Source: Heteronotia binoei (taxonomy: Eukaryota). From it: 64,000 nucleotides of DNA. The stretch lies in contig NC_083231.1 in NCBI RefSeq assembly GCF_032191835.1, positions 2,170,001 to 2,234,000 of the forward strand, given 5' to 3'. The translations under genes were made by a program, and so were the position numbers. Positions within the stretch are counted from its first letter, which is position 1. Each line of letters opens with the position of its first letter. The notes below the pieces were generated by a model. That model saw only the letters and a program-made list of their open reading frames with translations. It did not search any database and had not been told where the DNA came from. Shown piece after piece: positions 1 through 13,460 of this stretch.

Positions 1-522
1 GCTCTCCCTCCTGCAGCATTCTGAGGCAGATCTCCTCATGACGTTGAGGGATTTTCTATCCTCTCTAGAGAGTTTCCCTCAGAATACTGGTTGAAGAGGG
101 GGGGAGAGGAGGGGGGAATGAGGAGGAGATGAGGCCAAGGCCTGCCTAAAGTTTGATAGTCTCCTCCCATCCAGCCCACAGAAAGCCAAACCCCCACACA
201 AAATGACGCTTTTCCGCAAGGGAAAAGAGAGGAAAGCAACACAAGAAGGCCACTCCTGCTCCATCCACCATTCAAGCTCCTGGGTGAAGGAATCCCTCCT
301 CTGTTCTGAGTGAAATGCAGTGTGGGGTTACCTTTTCCACACACCAACACCGTCCCTTTGGAGGTCTGGACCACTACTGCCTGGCTTGCATTCAGCCATG
401 AGAGAAAGAAGGGCCATCAAAATGCAAGTCATCATGTTACTGGGATCCCGGGAGGGACCGGCTGCTGTGGCTCAAGAACGAATGAGGGCAAAGACTGTGC
501 TCAGGAAACACAGCTGCATTAC

Positions 523-663
523 CACAAAGAGATCGTCAATGACGCGTCGCTGCTCCAGAACTTGCAGTTTCAGGAATTCAAGTTCTTGTTCTTCCCGGGT
601 GCTGCTGAGATCATTCAATGAAGTGTGTCTTCTCAAAGTGGGCTGAGCAGATAACTTCTCTTT
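523..663 (-). CDS. JAKMIP1: JAKMIP1 coding exon 6 (KEKLSAQPTLRRHTSLNDLSSTREEQELEFLKLQVLEQRRVIDDLFV)
   Basis: Manual translation. 141 nt, TTTTAAG| acceptor, GTG|GTAATG donor. The gene continues off the window. Confidence 0.93.
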
Positions 664-678
664 CTTAAAAATAAATAA

Positions 679-682
<4 letters not shown>

Positions 683-734
<52 letters not shown>
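683..734. repeat. (AT)26 microsatellite
   Basis: Read directly from the sequence. Confidence 0.97.
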
Positions 735-736
<2 letters not shown>

Positions 737-2752
737 CAGCACCACATCCAGATACTATGAACCCTTTTATTACAAACATTCATTATCCCTGAGTCCCATG
801 GAAGTAGTAACCTCAGGCCAGCAGCCTCCTGTCCGGCTCACCTCCTGCTCCCCCCCACCAGGGCCTTCTCCAGTTCATTCCCCACCTCTGTGCCCCCCCC
901 CCCCGGGAGCTGAAGCCCCTACATGCCCCACAGGGCTTCCCCTGCTCCCAGAAGAGCCATTCCTCTCACAGGCATTTGGATGGCTGTGGTCAGCAACTGT
1001 GGCCATCGTTTTGGGTTTTTAAATACCATGGCAGGAGGCAGAGGAAGCAGGCAAAGGTGATTCATTGCTCCAACCCTCAGGCAGCAGCAGGTGGCCTCAC
1101 GAGGGCTGGGCCAGAAATGACTGCTCCGCTATTGGGCAGTGGTGGGCAGGGAGGGATTGACAGAAAGGTGGCTGAGAAACAGTGCTCCCCTTTTCCTACC
1201 CGGATGAAATCCTCACTTGAGCTACAAGAGAGAGGAACACAGCAGCACATAAAATCCTAGAGTTGGAAGGGATCTCCAGGGTCACCTAGTCCAACCTCCT
1301 GCACAATGCAGGAAACTCACAAATACCCTCCCCCTAACATGAGTGAGGAAGTGGCAGTTGTGAAGCACCATCCCAAGCAGATGCCCTACACACATCCAAA
1401 CACTTTAGAGTTTACTGTGCCTGCCATCCACTCCACACACACACCTGGTGTGATTCAGTCACCTTTTGGCATAGAAATCATGGATAACGACACGATGGCA
1501 GTTCTGGAGTCCGTGTGGTCTAGTGCATCACGTGTTGGGGAGGAGGGGGGCTTACACTGAGCCAGCCATGAATGGGCTGGTGGCTTAGGCCGCTTGTGTA
1601 TGGGCAGCCCAAGGCACACGAAACAAGCTCAACAGTGTCTCCAAATGAAGGATGATGGGAGAAGACCCAGCGCTGCAAAGGGACTTAGGAGCTTTGGAGC
1701 AGGCAAGGACTGGCAGGGTCAGCAGCCCACAGCAGGGGCAGCTAGAAAGTCACTCGGAAGCGACCAGTCACTCTCCAAGGAGTTAAGAGTAACTCTCTGC
1801 TCCTCCTCCACTGTCTCTGTAATGACTTTCTTATTCTTCCATTTAAAGTTAAAAGTGCTGTTCAGAGAGAGAAGCTGTTCGGAGGAAGAAAAAAAAACCC
1901 TTACCCTTCTGCTCACCCCCCCCCCCCCCCCCACACACACACATCCCCTCTCTCTACCTCTCTCTCTGTCTGGGGACACACCAAGGGTGGGCTCAAAATC
2001 TGGAACAGCCACTCACCATAACCAGGACAGCTTCCACTAGCAATCATCTGGTTTGCTTGGCTTTATGTGTGATACAGGCCTCACAGGTTAGTTGCCCAAG
2101 TTTAGTATTTTACGTTATTCTTTTAATCTTACTTGCATTTTCCTGCTTTTCCTTCTGTTACTTTTATGTTCCATCAGGCCTCAGATTCAGTGGGAACTCA
2201 CAGGAGCACAGCTCCTCCTTCCCACCTTGTCCACTGAATAGTAGGTGCAGCTGCACAACAATCCCTGGATGAGCTCCACCACCTATTTTCCTACAAAACG
2301 ACCCCTGTGTTCCATAAAGATTAAAGCTGTGTCACTACCTGCTATTCCAGCTCTCCCCAGAGTATGGCCCAGATTTCTGCATATTCAAGCAGACAAAAGA
2401 CCCCCTGACCTGGAAGTTCAGAGGCGCCCTTGTGGAAGAACATTCAGATGTACCCCGAAGCACTCTAGGTAAAACAGCAGACAAGTGCTGATCCATTTCA
2501 AGAGGATGAGGCAAAAAACAAATGCCTCAAAATTATGGCTGTGAGTTATTTAAAAATAACTCACGGCCCCTTTGGAATGCATCAGGTTCTGAAATGCCAC
2601 TGCCTCAAGACATTTATTTCCAACACTAAGAGCCAGTTTGCCTATCAAAACAAAAGGGAGATTTAACCATCTGAGTTCACTGTCTGGTGACCTTTTGAAA
2701 GCTCTAAGCCATCTAGAACTGCTGATGAGACTCCGTGAGGATGGCCCCTTAC

Positions 2753-2899
2753 CATTTCTATGTTTTCCCTGGAGAGGTTCTTAATTTTGTCTTCCATTCT
2801 CTGTATGCTCTGCAGCATGTCCTCGTTCTTCTTGTTCAGCCTTTTGTTCTTTTCTACAAGTGGCTTAAGTTGGGCTTCTGTCTCCCGAGACCGTTTCAG
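2753..2899 (-). CDS. JAKMIP1: JAKMIP1 coding exon 5 (LKRSRETEAQLKPLVEKNKRLNKKNEDMLQSIQRMEDKIKNLSRENIEM)
   Basis: Manual translation. 147 nt, CTTCAG| acceptor, ATG|GTAAGG donor. Confidence 0.95.
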
Positions 2900-4056
2900 C
2901 TGAAGATGGTGAAATAATAAAGTAAAATGAACATGCAGCTTTCAGGGGGGCTTTCATTACACAGCAGTCTTCAGTAAATGCAACAGTCCTTCTTCTTGCT
3001 GATCCAACACAGGAGAAAGCTACTGGAAGGATCAGGCTGCAAGACCACTCAATGCCAGGGAAGGATGCTTGAACTGCTGTGACAGCATTCAGACTATTTG
3101 CCAGTTGACAACAGAAAGTCAGGTTTTTGTCAGTCACTTCAGCTCTTTGAGAACAGTCTGAGCCTGTTCAGTGGTTGCCTTTTCTCATATTCAAACCGTG
3201 CAGTGGGCAGTGTTTCACCACATACAGTCTCACATAGCAGGATGGGTGGAAGTCCTACGTTCCTTCCCTGCCGCACAGACCTATCGTCATTATACACTGA
3301 TAGGCAACCAATCATATAAACAATGAGCAAATCAACTTATCTGGCACTGATGATAAACTGGGCTGCTGTTGTTTTTTAAGTCTTCCCATTTGGTGTTCAT
3401 TTAGGTAAATGTTGACTAAAATGTACTGGGTTCAAAGCATGAGGACACCCAAGAGATAGTGAGTTCAGCTCTTTATTCAGTGATTCAGCATAGTGAGATA
3501 GGATCAGAACTGTCTGGCAGGACCAACGGCCCTGCGTATATGCATGCAAACCTCCCCACCTAAAAACCCATTTCCATCATCCCATTGCACACAACTATAG
3601 GTTAATAGCTGGCCTAACGATCCCTGATGGGCCTCCTTCCTGAATCCAGGTGGCTATTGCTTTAGGGTCTCAAGCTCAGCCAAGTCTCTGCTGGCCCTTG
3701 GGCCAAACTCCAGTTCCAATACATAACAATGACCCATATTATTTTGTGCATGCACATTTTCACACAGCCATATGGAAGGCCTAGTTGCCCCCCTCTCCTC
3801 ATTAATTATTTGAACTGACTGTCCAGGATTCCTGGATAGAAGAATCATCTAGTGCACAAGTGCAAAAGCTCCAGCAGGGCTAGGAAAGGAAACTCCACCA
3901 CTAGATCTTCCTGCACAGCTGCAAATCTGGTCAAAAGCCATTTGAGGAGGACGGCAGACAGGTCCACAGATAAGAAGGACCAAAACTGTGAAGGGCTTCG
4001 TACAGGATAGCCCGTATCTTGACTGTGCCTCAACAAGGAAAAGAAAAATCAAAATT

Positions 4057-4267
4057 GGGGAGGGACGGTGGCTCAGTGGTAGAGCATCTGCTTGGTAAGC
4101 AGAAGGTCCCAGGTTCAATCCTCTGTATCTCCAACTAAAAAGGGTCCAGGCAAATAGGCATGAAAAACCTCAGCTTGAGACCCTGGAGAGCCGCTGCCAG
4201 TCTGAGTAGACAATACTGACTGATGGACCGAGGGTCTGATTCAGTAGAAGGCAGCTTCATATGTTCA
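4057..4267 (+). mobile_element. tRNA-headed SINE with CR1-type tail (second copy at 59329-59538)
   Basis: GGTGGCTCAGTGGTAGAGC...GGTTCAATCC head and GATGGACC...GGCAGCTTCATATGTTCA tail. The two copies align end to end. Confidence 0.8.
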
Positions 4268-4488
4268 AACTGTCACTGCTGTCACAGTAAGTAAAGAACA
4301 ATAGAGAGTATGTTAAAAGTTCTGGCTTTCCTAACATTTAAAGCACAGCTCAGAATCCAAGGAAATGTGTTGTTATACAGAAAAACAGAAAGCAGGCAAG
4401 ACAAAACTCACAGGCCACCCATGTCACACAAATGCAAAAGTGCAGCATGCCCAGAATGAAAACTACCACAGTTGGCTTGGACTTGTTA

Positions 4489-4635
<147 letters not shown>

Positions 4636-6304
4636 TTAAGCACAGGACCATCAGCAAAAGGAAAGTGAAGATAAAAATTATCTTGTAAAAACGGCAGGCC
4701 ATGGACATGTGAGACAGGTCACTCATCCGTGGACTCTTGTCAATGCTTTGCAGAAACCCTGTTTCTGAGATTAGCCCCCCCCCCAGGACAAGCAGGACAG
4801 CAGCCCATTTCGCACAGGAGGTTTACTCTACAGAAGAACTGTTGCTTGGGGGAGGGAGGATCAGCTCCTAAAGACCCGTTAATATTTCAAAAAGGTCCTG
4901 GAAGGGAACACGTATGTTGCTTCCTCTTTGTAGGACTAGATTTGACTTGAGGGCAAGCATTATTTTTATTCCTGATTTGAATTCAATGTGCTACCATCAA
5001 CATTTTCCAGGAAATCAAAATTCTGTTCAGCTGAAACACCCAAGAAAGATTTCCGATGTTTCAAACTTGTGCTTGAGAATTAGGGTTGAGGACCCATGGT
5101 GTGGGGGGAGTTCCTGTGACTATTGGGGTTTCAGCCAGGAAGCCCCACCCTCAAACATCCTCCTCATGAAGCAACGTCACTGATGTGATGATGTCGCATG
5201 GAAGTGCTACCATCACGTCGGGATGTTGTGTAGCAACACTCTAGCATTTGGGTTACCATAATGTTTTGCCCCAAATGCTAGAGCATTGCTGGCATGATGA
5301 TATCACTTCTGAACCTGAAACAGCCTCACGGAGCTGGTATTGGCCCTGTTGAGGCAGACACACAGGAACACATCCATGTAATGCTTCTCGAGGCTGTTCA
5401 GGAAAATGGCAGACTATGGTTTTCCTGAGACAAAGTTACACACTCTGAGCAGTTATTTAAACCTGGGTCTCCCCAGTTCAACACTCTGGTCAATATTCCC
5501 CACCCTCTCACTGCACTGACCCTCTTCAATAATGTCTTTGGGCTCCTTGAAAACCAAGTGTTTTCTCTTTCTCCTCATGGCTGGATTCATATGCACACCT
5601 TCCCACAGGTATAGAGCAGGGATCCCCAACATGGTGCCCACTGACACACTGCCTAGCGCCCACCAAGTGTTTTTAGAAAGTAAGTGGGGCCAGGTGGGGG
5701 TCTTGCCCAGCAAGGCTTCTGATTGGCCACTGGAGATCCAATTGACTGTACAGATTAAAATAACACTGTTTCACCAACAGCTATCTACCACCACAATGTT
5801 GGTTTTATTCTCTCTCACTCTTCTTTTCCTGCATTTTTTAAAAAAAATTCAATCCCTAGCACTTTGGCTTCCTCTGAGGGGTTGGCTCTGTCTCCCCCCA
5901 GCAGCCATTTTGTGCTTGTGCCCATGACCCCGTGTCAGAATTCCAAAGGAGCTTGCAAGCTCAGAGAGGTTCGTCCAACTGGTATAGAGTATGCTGAAAC
6001 TTTTTAATATACTGCCAAAATCTGAGGCCACTTTGAAGCCTGAAAGATCCAACTGACCTTCCAAAATAACTTCAGCATAATTTTTAGGGTTACTTTAATT
6101 TTTAGTACTGACTGACTGCATAAAATATTTGGCCAATAAAGTTTAAAACAATTTGTATTTGCAATTTTATGCTGGAAAACCATGACTTTTTTTTTACTAG
6201 AAAATAAAGTCCTTTGGAGAATGAAATCAAGTCTCGCTGCTGTATTTTTACACAACTTACTTTTAATTTATTTGTCCTTTTCTATTATAGTTTCTGACCT
6301 GCTT

Positions 6305-6848
<544 letters not shown>

Positions 6849-8510
6849 TTAGGGGAGGGGGGGGGGAACCAGCATTGTTAACAATGACTCCAAGCACAGA
6901 ATGTCCTTTTTCCTTAGCAACTCTTCCATGGTAGCCAAGTCATGCCTAGGAGGAAGCTGGGCTGCCCTGAAAACCAGCATCGCTTCTTCAACAGAATCCA
7001 ACAATGCTACCTCTGTTCCTTGCTTCACTACTTCCTTTGAGTTGCTTTGCAATATCAAAACCTGAATCCACTTGAGAGATGTTGATTCCCCTCCATGCAA
7101 GCTGGGAACTGAGAAGACGCAGCCACCATGAGCAGCTGCAACAACATCTGAAGAGAGATGCTTGTTCAGTGACAGTTCGGAGGGGAAAAAATCTCTTTGA
7201 AATGCCTTAGCACCCTTTCAAGGTAATGAAAACAGCTTCAGCTGTCTGAATATCTGAGGCAACCCAATAAACCAAAGCACAGGAACGGCCTTTCTTGGAA
7301 CAAGAAGTTCCACTCTTGGGTCATATGGTCAGTGACTAAAACAGCATTTTGTATGCCTTCAAAAACATCTGAAGGCTCTCCATGCTCAGACCCTTCTCTA
7401 CTACATGAATATCAAGAAAGAGATGAGATGTTAATCAGGGTGAATACAGAAATGTTGTATGTGGAACCAAAAACAAAGTAATACAAAATCATTTTGCCAC
7501 CCAAAGCCAAATAGACTAGGGACACTATAGAAGTTCCCGTCTGATGACTTTGTTAATGACAATAGTAAGTAACGTGATGTTTACAACAGACAGAAGCAAC
7601 TGTATACTAGATGGTACAGAAACAGACACCACTACTAAAACACTGACATGATCTATGAAGCATAGGAAGTGTGTGTGTGGGGGGGGAGGAATCAAGGAAT
7701 CAGATGTGCCTGCGTGTCTAAAATGCCATCGTCACAGCCAATTTATGGTGACCCTCACCGGTTTTTCAAGGTGGAGATAATTTGCCATTGCCTGCCTCTG
7801 CACTGAGACCCCGGCCTTCTCTAGAGATCTCCCATCCAAGTACTAACCAGAGTCAACTCTTCTTAGCCTCACAGGTTAGCTGAATCCAGTGGCACCTTTA
7901 AAACCAACAAGGCTTTATTCTTGGAATTGTCAGGATCCATGCAATGTCTCCTGTCATGCCTTTTTACATGTAACTGTTATTGTGGTATATTCTGGGGGGC
8001 TGCTGTATTGAACATGTAATGTTCTTGGGATGGTCTGTGAAAAGTTATCTTGTTTCTCACAGTAGAGATGATGGTGGCTGCCAGTGGTTGCCAAGAGATA
8101 AAGAACTTCTGTTAGATTTTCAAGCTACTAAAAGGTCATAACATTTAGAGCATATTGTTTAAGGGGGCCCATTTCATCAGGAGCCCACAGGGCCCAGTTG
8201 CCATTGGGCAAGCTGACACCCTGGCCAGTCCACTACTGGGGGCTGCCCGGGAATGTAGGGGCCCTCCTCCCTCTCTCATCATCTGGAGATGGAGTCTGGG
8301 AAGAGCCTTCACTTCTCTGGAGATAAGGAGATGGGTTCCCCTTGAACCGCTTTGTGTTAGGAGGTCTGGGGGGTGGGGAAGAAGACCACACTTCCCTGAA
8401 TTACTTAATGATGTCTGTGATTCTTACTTTCATTTCTGACAAGGCCTCCATATGGGAAAGGTCTGAACTTGTGACGTATCAATAAAGCTTCACCTATGTT
8501 TGCATTAGTA

Positions 8511-8808
8511 AGAGCCCCGTGGCGCAGAGTGGTAAAGCTGCAGTACTGCAGTCGGAGCCCTCTGCTCACAACCTGAGTTCACTCCCAGTGGAAGCTGGTT
8601 CAGGTAGCCGGCTCAGGTTGACTCAGCCTTCAATCCTTCCGAGGTTGGTAAAATGAGTACCCAGCTTGCTGGGGGGGGGGAGTGTAGATGACTGGGGAAG
8701 GCAACGGCAAACCACCCCGTAAAAAGTCTGCCGTGAAAATGTCGTGATGCAGCATCACCCCAGAGTCAGAAACGACTGGTGCTTGCACAGGGGACTACCT
8801 TGACCTTT
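8511..8808 (+). mobile_element. Sauria SINE
   Basis: tRNA-like head (GAGCCCCGTGGCGCAGAGTGGTAAAGCTGCAG), typical body GGTTGACTCAGCCTTC, and BovB-like tail GGGGAAGGCAACGGCAAACCACC. Confidence 0.85.
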
Positions 8809-9728
8809 ATGCTTGCATAGTGGAAGTCTATCTGAGTGTTACTCAGCAAAGCACAGGTATAAGCTTTTGTCTGCACATGAAAGCTTCTACTCAGAATAAA
8901 ACTTTGTTGGTCTTAAGGGAGCCAGTGGACTCAAACTTTGTTCTGTTGCTTCAGACTGGGGTGGCCAAACTGCACACGTGGCTCTTTCAAACATACTGTG
9001 CAGCTCCCAGAGGTCAAGGAGGAACTTAATGCAAGCTTACTCTCAAGTAAGTGTGCTTAGCAACAGGACCTGTCAGCCTCTGAATGCCAACCTACAGTTG
9101 GTGACTATTTGTGCTGTGTGTGAAGCAGGGAGGAGGGGGGAATAGGCAGGCTTACAAGCTCTTCCCTTCCACCGTACGTCGCCCAGAGACCTAGAGTGGA
9201 GAAGAGAGTGCAAGAGCCAAGGGAGACACTGGAAGGAGGGACAGAATTAAAGAAGGTGGCACAGGGTTCCTCCTTAGTTTCACAGCTCTTGTAGGAGCTA
9301 TATTTACTAATCTTGGTGTCAAGGCATAATGACGCAAACAGGTGGTCAGTGATTTAAATGGAACATGTGTGTTTTCTTCTCCCACTGTTGCCAAAAAATA
9401 ATTCCCTAACCTTTACTATGCTGGTCTTATGGGGACTGTTATTCCCAGCTTTTGTTTTTAAAAGTCTCCTTCTAGCATGGTTGTGTTGTAAAGTGCATAC
9501 AGATGTATTTTATCTTTCTGTGCAAAGAAAGAATTAAGAGTTTTAATAAAGGTGTGTAATATTGTTCATCTCTTGTGGCTCTCAAACATCTGACATTTAT
9601 TCTATGTGGTTCTTATGTTAAGCAAGTTTGGCCACCCTTCCTTCAGACCAACACAGCTACCCACTAGATTATTTTAAGGATTCAGCTGCATGTAATGGTA
9701 ACAAAATTTGGAGCATAGCCTGCTCCTA

Positions 9729-10235
<507 letters not shown>

Positions 10236-10342
10236 CTAGAACATTTTATTGGAAAGTCAACCAGTTACACAGGAATGGCTGATTTGAAAGGGAAGCACTT
10301 ATCTATTACAATTTTCTATTGTTTTTATCTAGGGTTGTCATA

Positions 10343-10945
10343 GAATCATAGAGTTGGAAGGGAACTCCAGGGTCATCTAGTCCAACCCCTTGCATAATGC
10401 AGGAAATTCACAAATCCCCCCCCCCCCCTCTAAATTCACAGGATTTGTGTTGCTGTCAGATGGCCATCCAGTTTGGTGTAGTGATTGTGTGGACTCCTAT
10501 CTGGGAGAACCAGGTTTGATTCCCCACTCCTCCACTTGCAGCTGCTGGAATGGCCTTGGGTCAGCCATAGTGTTCATAGGAGTTGTCCTTGAAAGGGCAG
10601 CTGCTGTGAGAGACCTCTCAGCCCCACGCACCTTACAGGGTATCTGTTATGGGGGAAGGAGATAAAGGAGATTGTGAGCCGCTCTGAGACTCAGAGTGGA
10701 GGGCAGGATATAAATCCAATATTCCCATCATCATCATCCAGCCTCTGTTTAAAAATTTCCAAGGAAGGAGAGCCCACCACCTCCCAAGGAGGAAGCCTGT
10801 TCCACTGAGGAACCACTCTAATGGTCAGGAAGTTCTTCCTAATGTTGAGCCAGAAACTCTTTTGATTTAATTTCAACCCACTGGTTTTGGTCCTACCTTC
10901 TGGGGTCACAGAAAACAATTCTGCACCATCTTCTAAAGCAGTGTT
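10343..10945 (-). mobile_element. CR1 LINE 3' fragment, split by a SINE at 10472-10734
   Basis: LFSVTPEGRT...RKNFLT..VVPQWNRLP.EVVGSPSLEIFKQRLD, and a CR1 tail (AGAATCATAGAGTTGGAAGGG on the plus strand). Confidence 0.9.
10472..10734 (+). mobile_element. Squam3-like SINE (tRNA head, L2-type tail) inserted in CR1
   Basis: Head GTTTGGTGTAGTG...GGTTTGATTCCCC, tail GATATAAATCCAAT(CAT)n, and CATCCAG duplicated on both sides (10465-10471 and 10735-10741). Confidence 0.8.
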
Positions 10946-11186
10946 TCCCAAAGTGGGCGATATTGCCCCCTAGGGAGCGTTGGAACAATCCAGGGGGGTG
11001 GTAGTAGCAATTGCGAGGCGGTGCAATTGCAGGGCAGTGAATAAAAATAAGGGGGCAATAGAAGCCTAAAGTAAGAAGAGAAGAGGGTGGGAGCGGAGGT
11101 GTCAAAACATCACATTTCTAGGTCCAGAATTTCTAATTTAGAGAAAAAATCCAAATAACAAAAATAAAGGATTCCCTTTTGTCTGC

Positions 11187-11525
11187 TAGAATCATAGAGT
11201 TGGAAGGGATCTCCAGGGTCATTTAGTCCAACCCCCTACACAATGCAGAAAACCCACAAATACCTACCCCAAATTCACAGGATCTTCATCGCTGTCAGAT
11301 GGCCATCTAGCCTCTGTTCAAAAACGTCCAAGGAAGGAGAGCCCACCACCTCCTGAGGAAGCCTGTTCCACTGAGGAATTGCTCTAACGGTCAGGAAGTT
11401 CTTCCTAATGTTGAGCCATAAACTCTTTTGATTTAATTTCAACCCACTGGTTCTGGTCCTACCTTCTGGGGCCACAGAAAACAATTCCACACCATCCTCT
11501 ATATGACAGCCCTTCAAGTATTTAG
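11187..11525 (-). mobile_element. CR1 LINE 3' fragment
   Basis: ORF 11275-11517 is the CR1 ORF2 C-terminus, with the same tail as 10343. Confidence 0.9.
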
Positions 11526-12253
11526 AGTGAATTCACCCCATTAGACTAGTAATGAGGACCAGAACTCCGTCCAATTAAAATATAAGAAGGATGCAGTTTA
11601 TTTACAAGACAGAATAAAAAATAGAGGTGTACAGACAAGAAACACAGAAACAAAAAATCTTACTAGTCTATCCTAGCCAATACTTGTTACAGCTAGCAGC
11701 TTCTCAAGGTTGCTTGCAGTTTCTCTCTCAGCAATACAGTTTAAATCAGGACAGTTGGAAGCACTGAGGCAATTGCACAAACTTCTCTGAAGAGTTCCAA
11801 CCTGTGGCTTTCTCCTCACAAAGTTTTCAAACTTCTTACAGTCCTCTGGTTACCAGTTGATCGCTTCTGTTGATTTCAGCCAACTGCAGGGCCCCCGACA
11901 CAGTGTCTTCTGCAGGGCCAGCATATGGGAGTAGGCAGGGTAGGCAACCACCTAGGGTGCCACTATACCAGGGGGCGCTGTTGGGTGCCCCCTTACTCCC
12001 CCTTCCCATGTGGCACTTATCTGGGCTCTATGCTGAGCATATCTGGGATGGGATTTCTAAAAACTGTTTTCTCCCTGTGATTTCTTGTGAAATGATAGAT
12101 AAATGACTAATCGGAGCAGATTATCACAAAATGGTAAAGACCAGAATGTATTAATCCCCATTTTTAGGTCAGCCATAGACACCCTAGCTCCATTCAGGCA
12201 TAACACAACATCACTTTAACTATGGTAATTTTGTAAAACCAAAAGCTGGCCGG

Positions 12254-12497
12254 TTTTCTTTGCAGGGCAAACATTGCCTTGCGCTTGTTGAACGCTTCCA
12301 AGGAAGCCTCTGAAGAGCGCCCCATTTTACTGCTGCCTGCTGCTTTCGGGTTAAAAGTGGCTGGTGGTGGCACCTTCCCATTGCACTAGTTGGAGCTTTC
12401 AATCCAAAAGTAGCAGGCAGCAGTAAAACTGGTCACTCTTCGGAGGCTTCCTTTGAGGCTCCGACAAGCACAGACAATGTTTGCCCTGTGAAGAAAA
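12254..12497. repeat. Decayed fold-back element with ~92-bp inverted arms
   Basis: 12254-12346 aligns to the reverse complement of 12407-12497 with scattered mismatches. Confidence 0.75.
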
Positions 12498-13134
12498 GCT
12501 CATTGCGGCAGCACTTGTGTGCTCTGGGCTTGCCTGCTGACTGGCATGATGACATCGTCACCAGCATGCAAAGAATATCCCCCCTTAGGAGCACACGGGG
12601 CGGGGCATATGGGGGGTTCTGCCTAGGGTGGTAGAACCCCTAGTGCCGGCGTTGGTCTTCTGTTCCTTTTCTTCAGAAGAGAGCACATACAAAATTGGGT
12701 TTAAAGGAAATGGTCAAATTCTCAGTTTACAAATTCCTCAGGCTTTTCAGTGGAGAAAAAAAGCATTTTTAAAAACAATCTACTTCATTTGTACTCCTGC
12801 TTCTCATTCCAAATAGGGACCCAAAATGGCTTATAACAGTTTCTTCTTCTCCATTTTATCTTCGTAATAGCCCTGTGAGATAGACTAGCCGAGGGATGTG
12901 TAACTGGCCCCAGATCACCCAGCAAGCCTCTATGACAAAGTGGGCAGCATTCGAACCTGGTTCTTCCAGTTGGACACTCTAACTACTACAACATCAGGGG
13001 AACCTCTTTGCACAGCCTCTTGGGACAGAGATGACTAAAACTCAAAGATATTTTCTTGATACTGGAGAACAAGAAATAGCTTATGGCTGTCAGTAAGACA
13101 GGGTTGCACTTACCTGCAACTGTGATTCATTCTG

Positions 13135-13138
<4 letters not shown>

Positions 13139-13197
<59 letters not shown>
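13139..13197. repeat. (AG)n microsatellite, ~29 units
   Basis: Read directly from the sequence. Confidence 0.97.
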
Positions 13198-13199
<2 letters not shown>

Positions 13200-13460
13200 A
13201 CCTTGGCAGTCGCACAAACACAGACTTTCTGGGCATCACTGTCCCAGATTGGGGCTTCCCTGAATCCTCAGACCCACCTGGTTCAGCAGCACATAAAGAG
13301 TAGTCCATGACTGCCTCTATAATAGGCGAGGCACCACAGTCTGGAGAGAGCAACCCCCAAACTCACCAGCCAGAGGTCACAGTGCATTTCTGGTGCTATT
13401 CTATTAGATGCAAGTATGTATGATGGCGGAATCATTTAAGACAAGTCCATCAGTCATTCA

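Noticed and set aside
1-520. Next JAKMIP1 exon (ERERLLRSK..., ~60 nt)
   Set aside because: It was not found in any minus-strand frame and presumably lies beyond the window.
4057-4135. tRNA gene (also heads at 8511, 59329, 63237)
   Set aside because: A/B boxes are present, but each continues into a SINE body and LINE-derived tail, with no complete cloverleaf or terminator.
5849-6064. 71-aa minus-strand ORF between coding exons 3 and 4
   Set aside because: It does not match JAKMIP1, and the flanking exons join in frame without it.
6849-7100. 83-aa protein-like ORF just upstream of JAKMIP1 coding exon 3
   Set aside because: It has no recognisable homology, runs into the acceptor region and ends at a poly-C stop. 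The known JAKMIP1 sequence is continuous without it.
7928-8441. Possible solo LTR (TGTCAG...CTGACA)
   Set aside because: There is no matching TSD (GGAAT vs AGGCC), and the interior looks like mixed MITE fragments.
11530-11870. Possible minus-strand LTR fragment with AATAAA
   Set aside because: No clear termini, TSD or partner copy.
13083-13310. ORF with an ER-repeat coiled-coil appearance
   Set aside because: It is an artefact of the (AG)n microsatellite.
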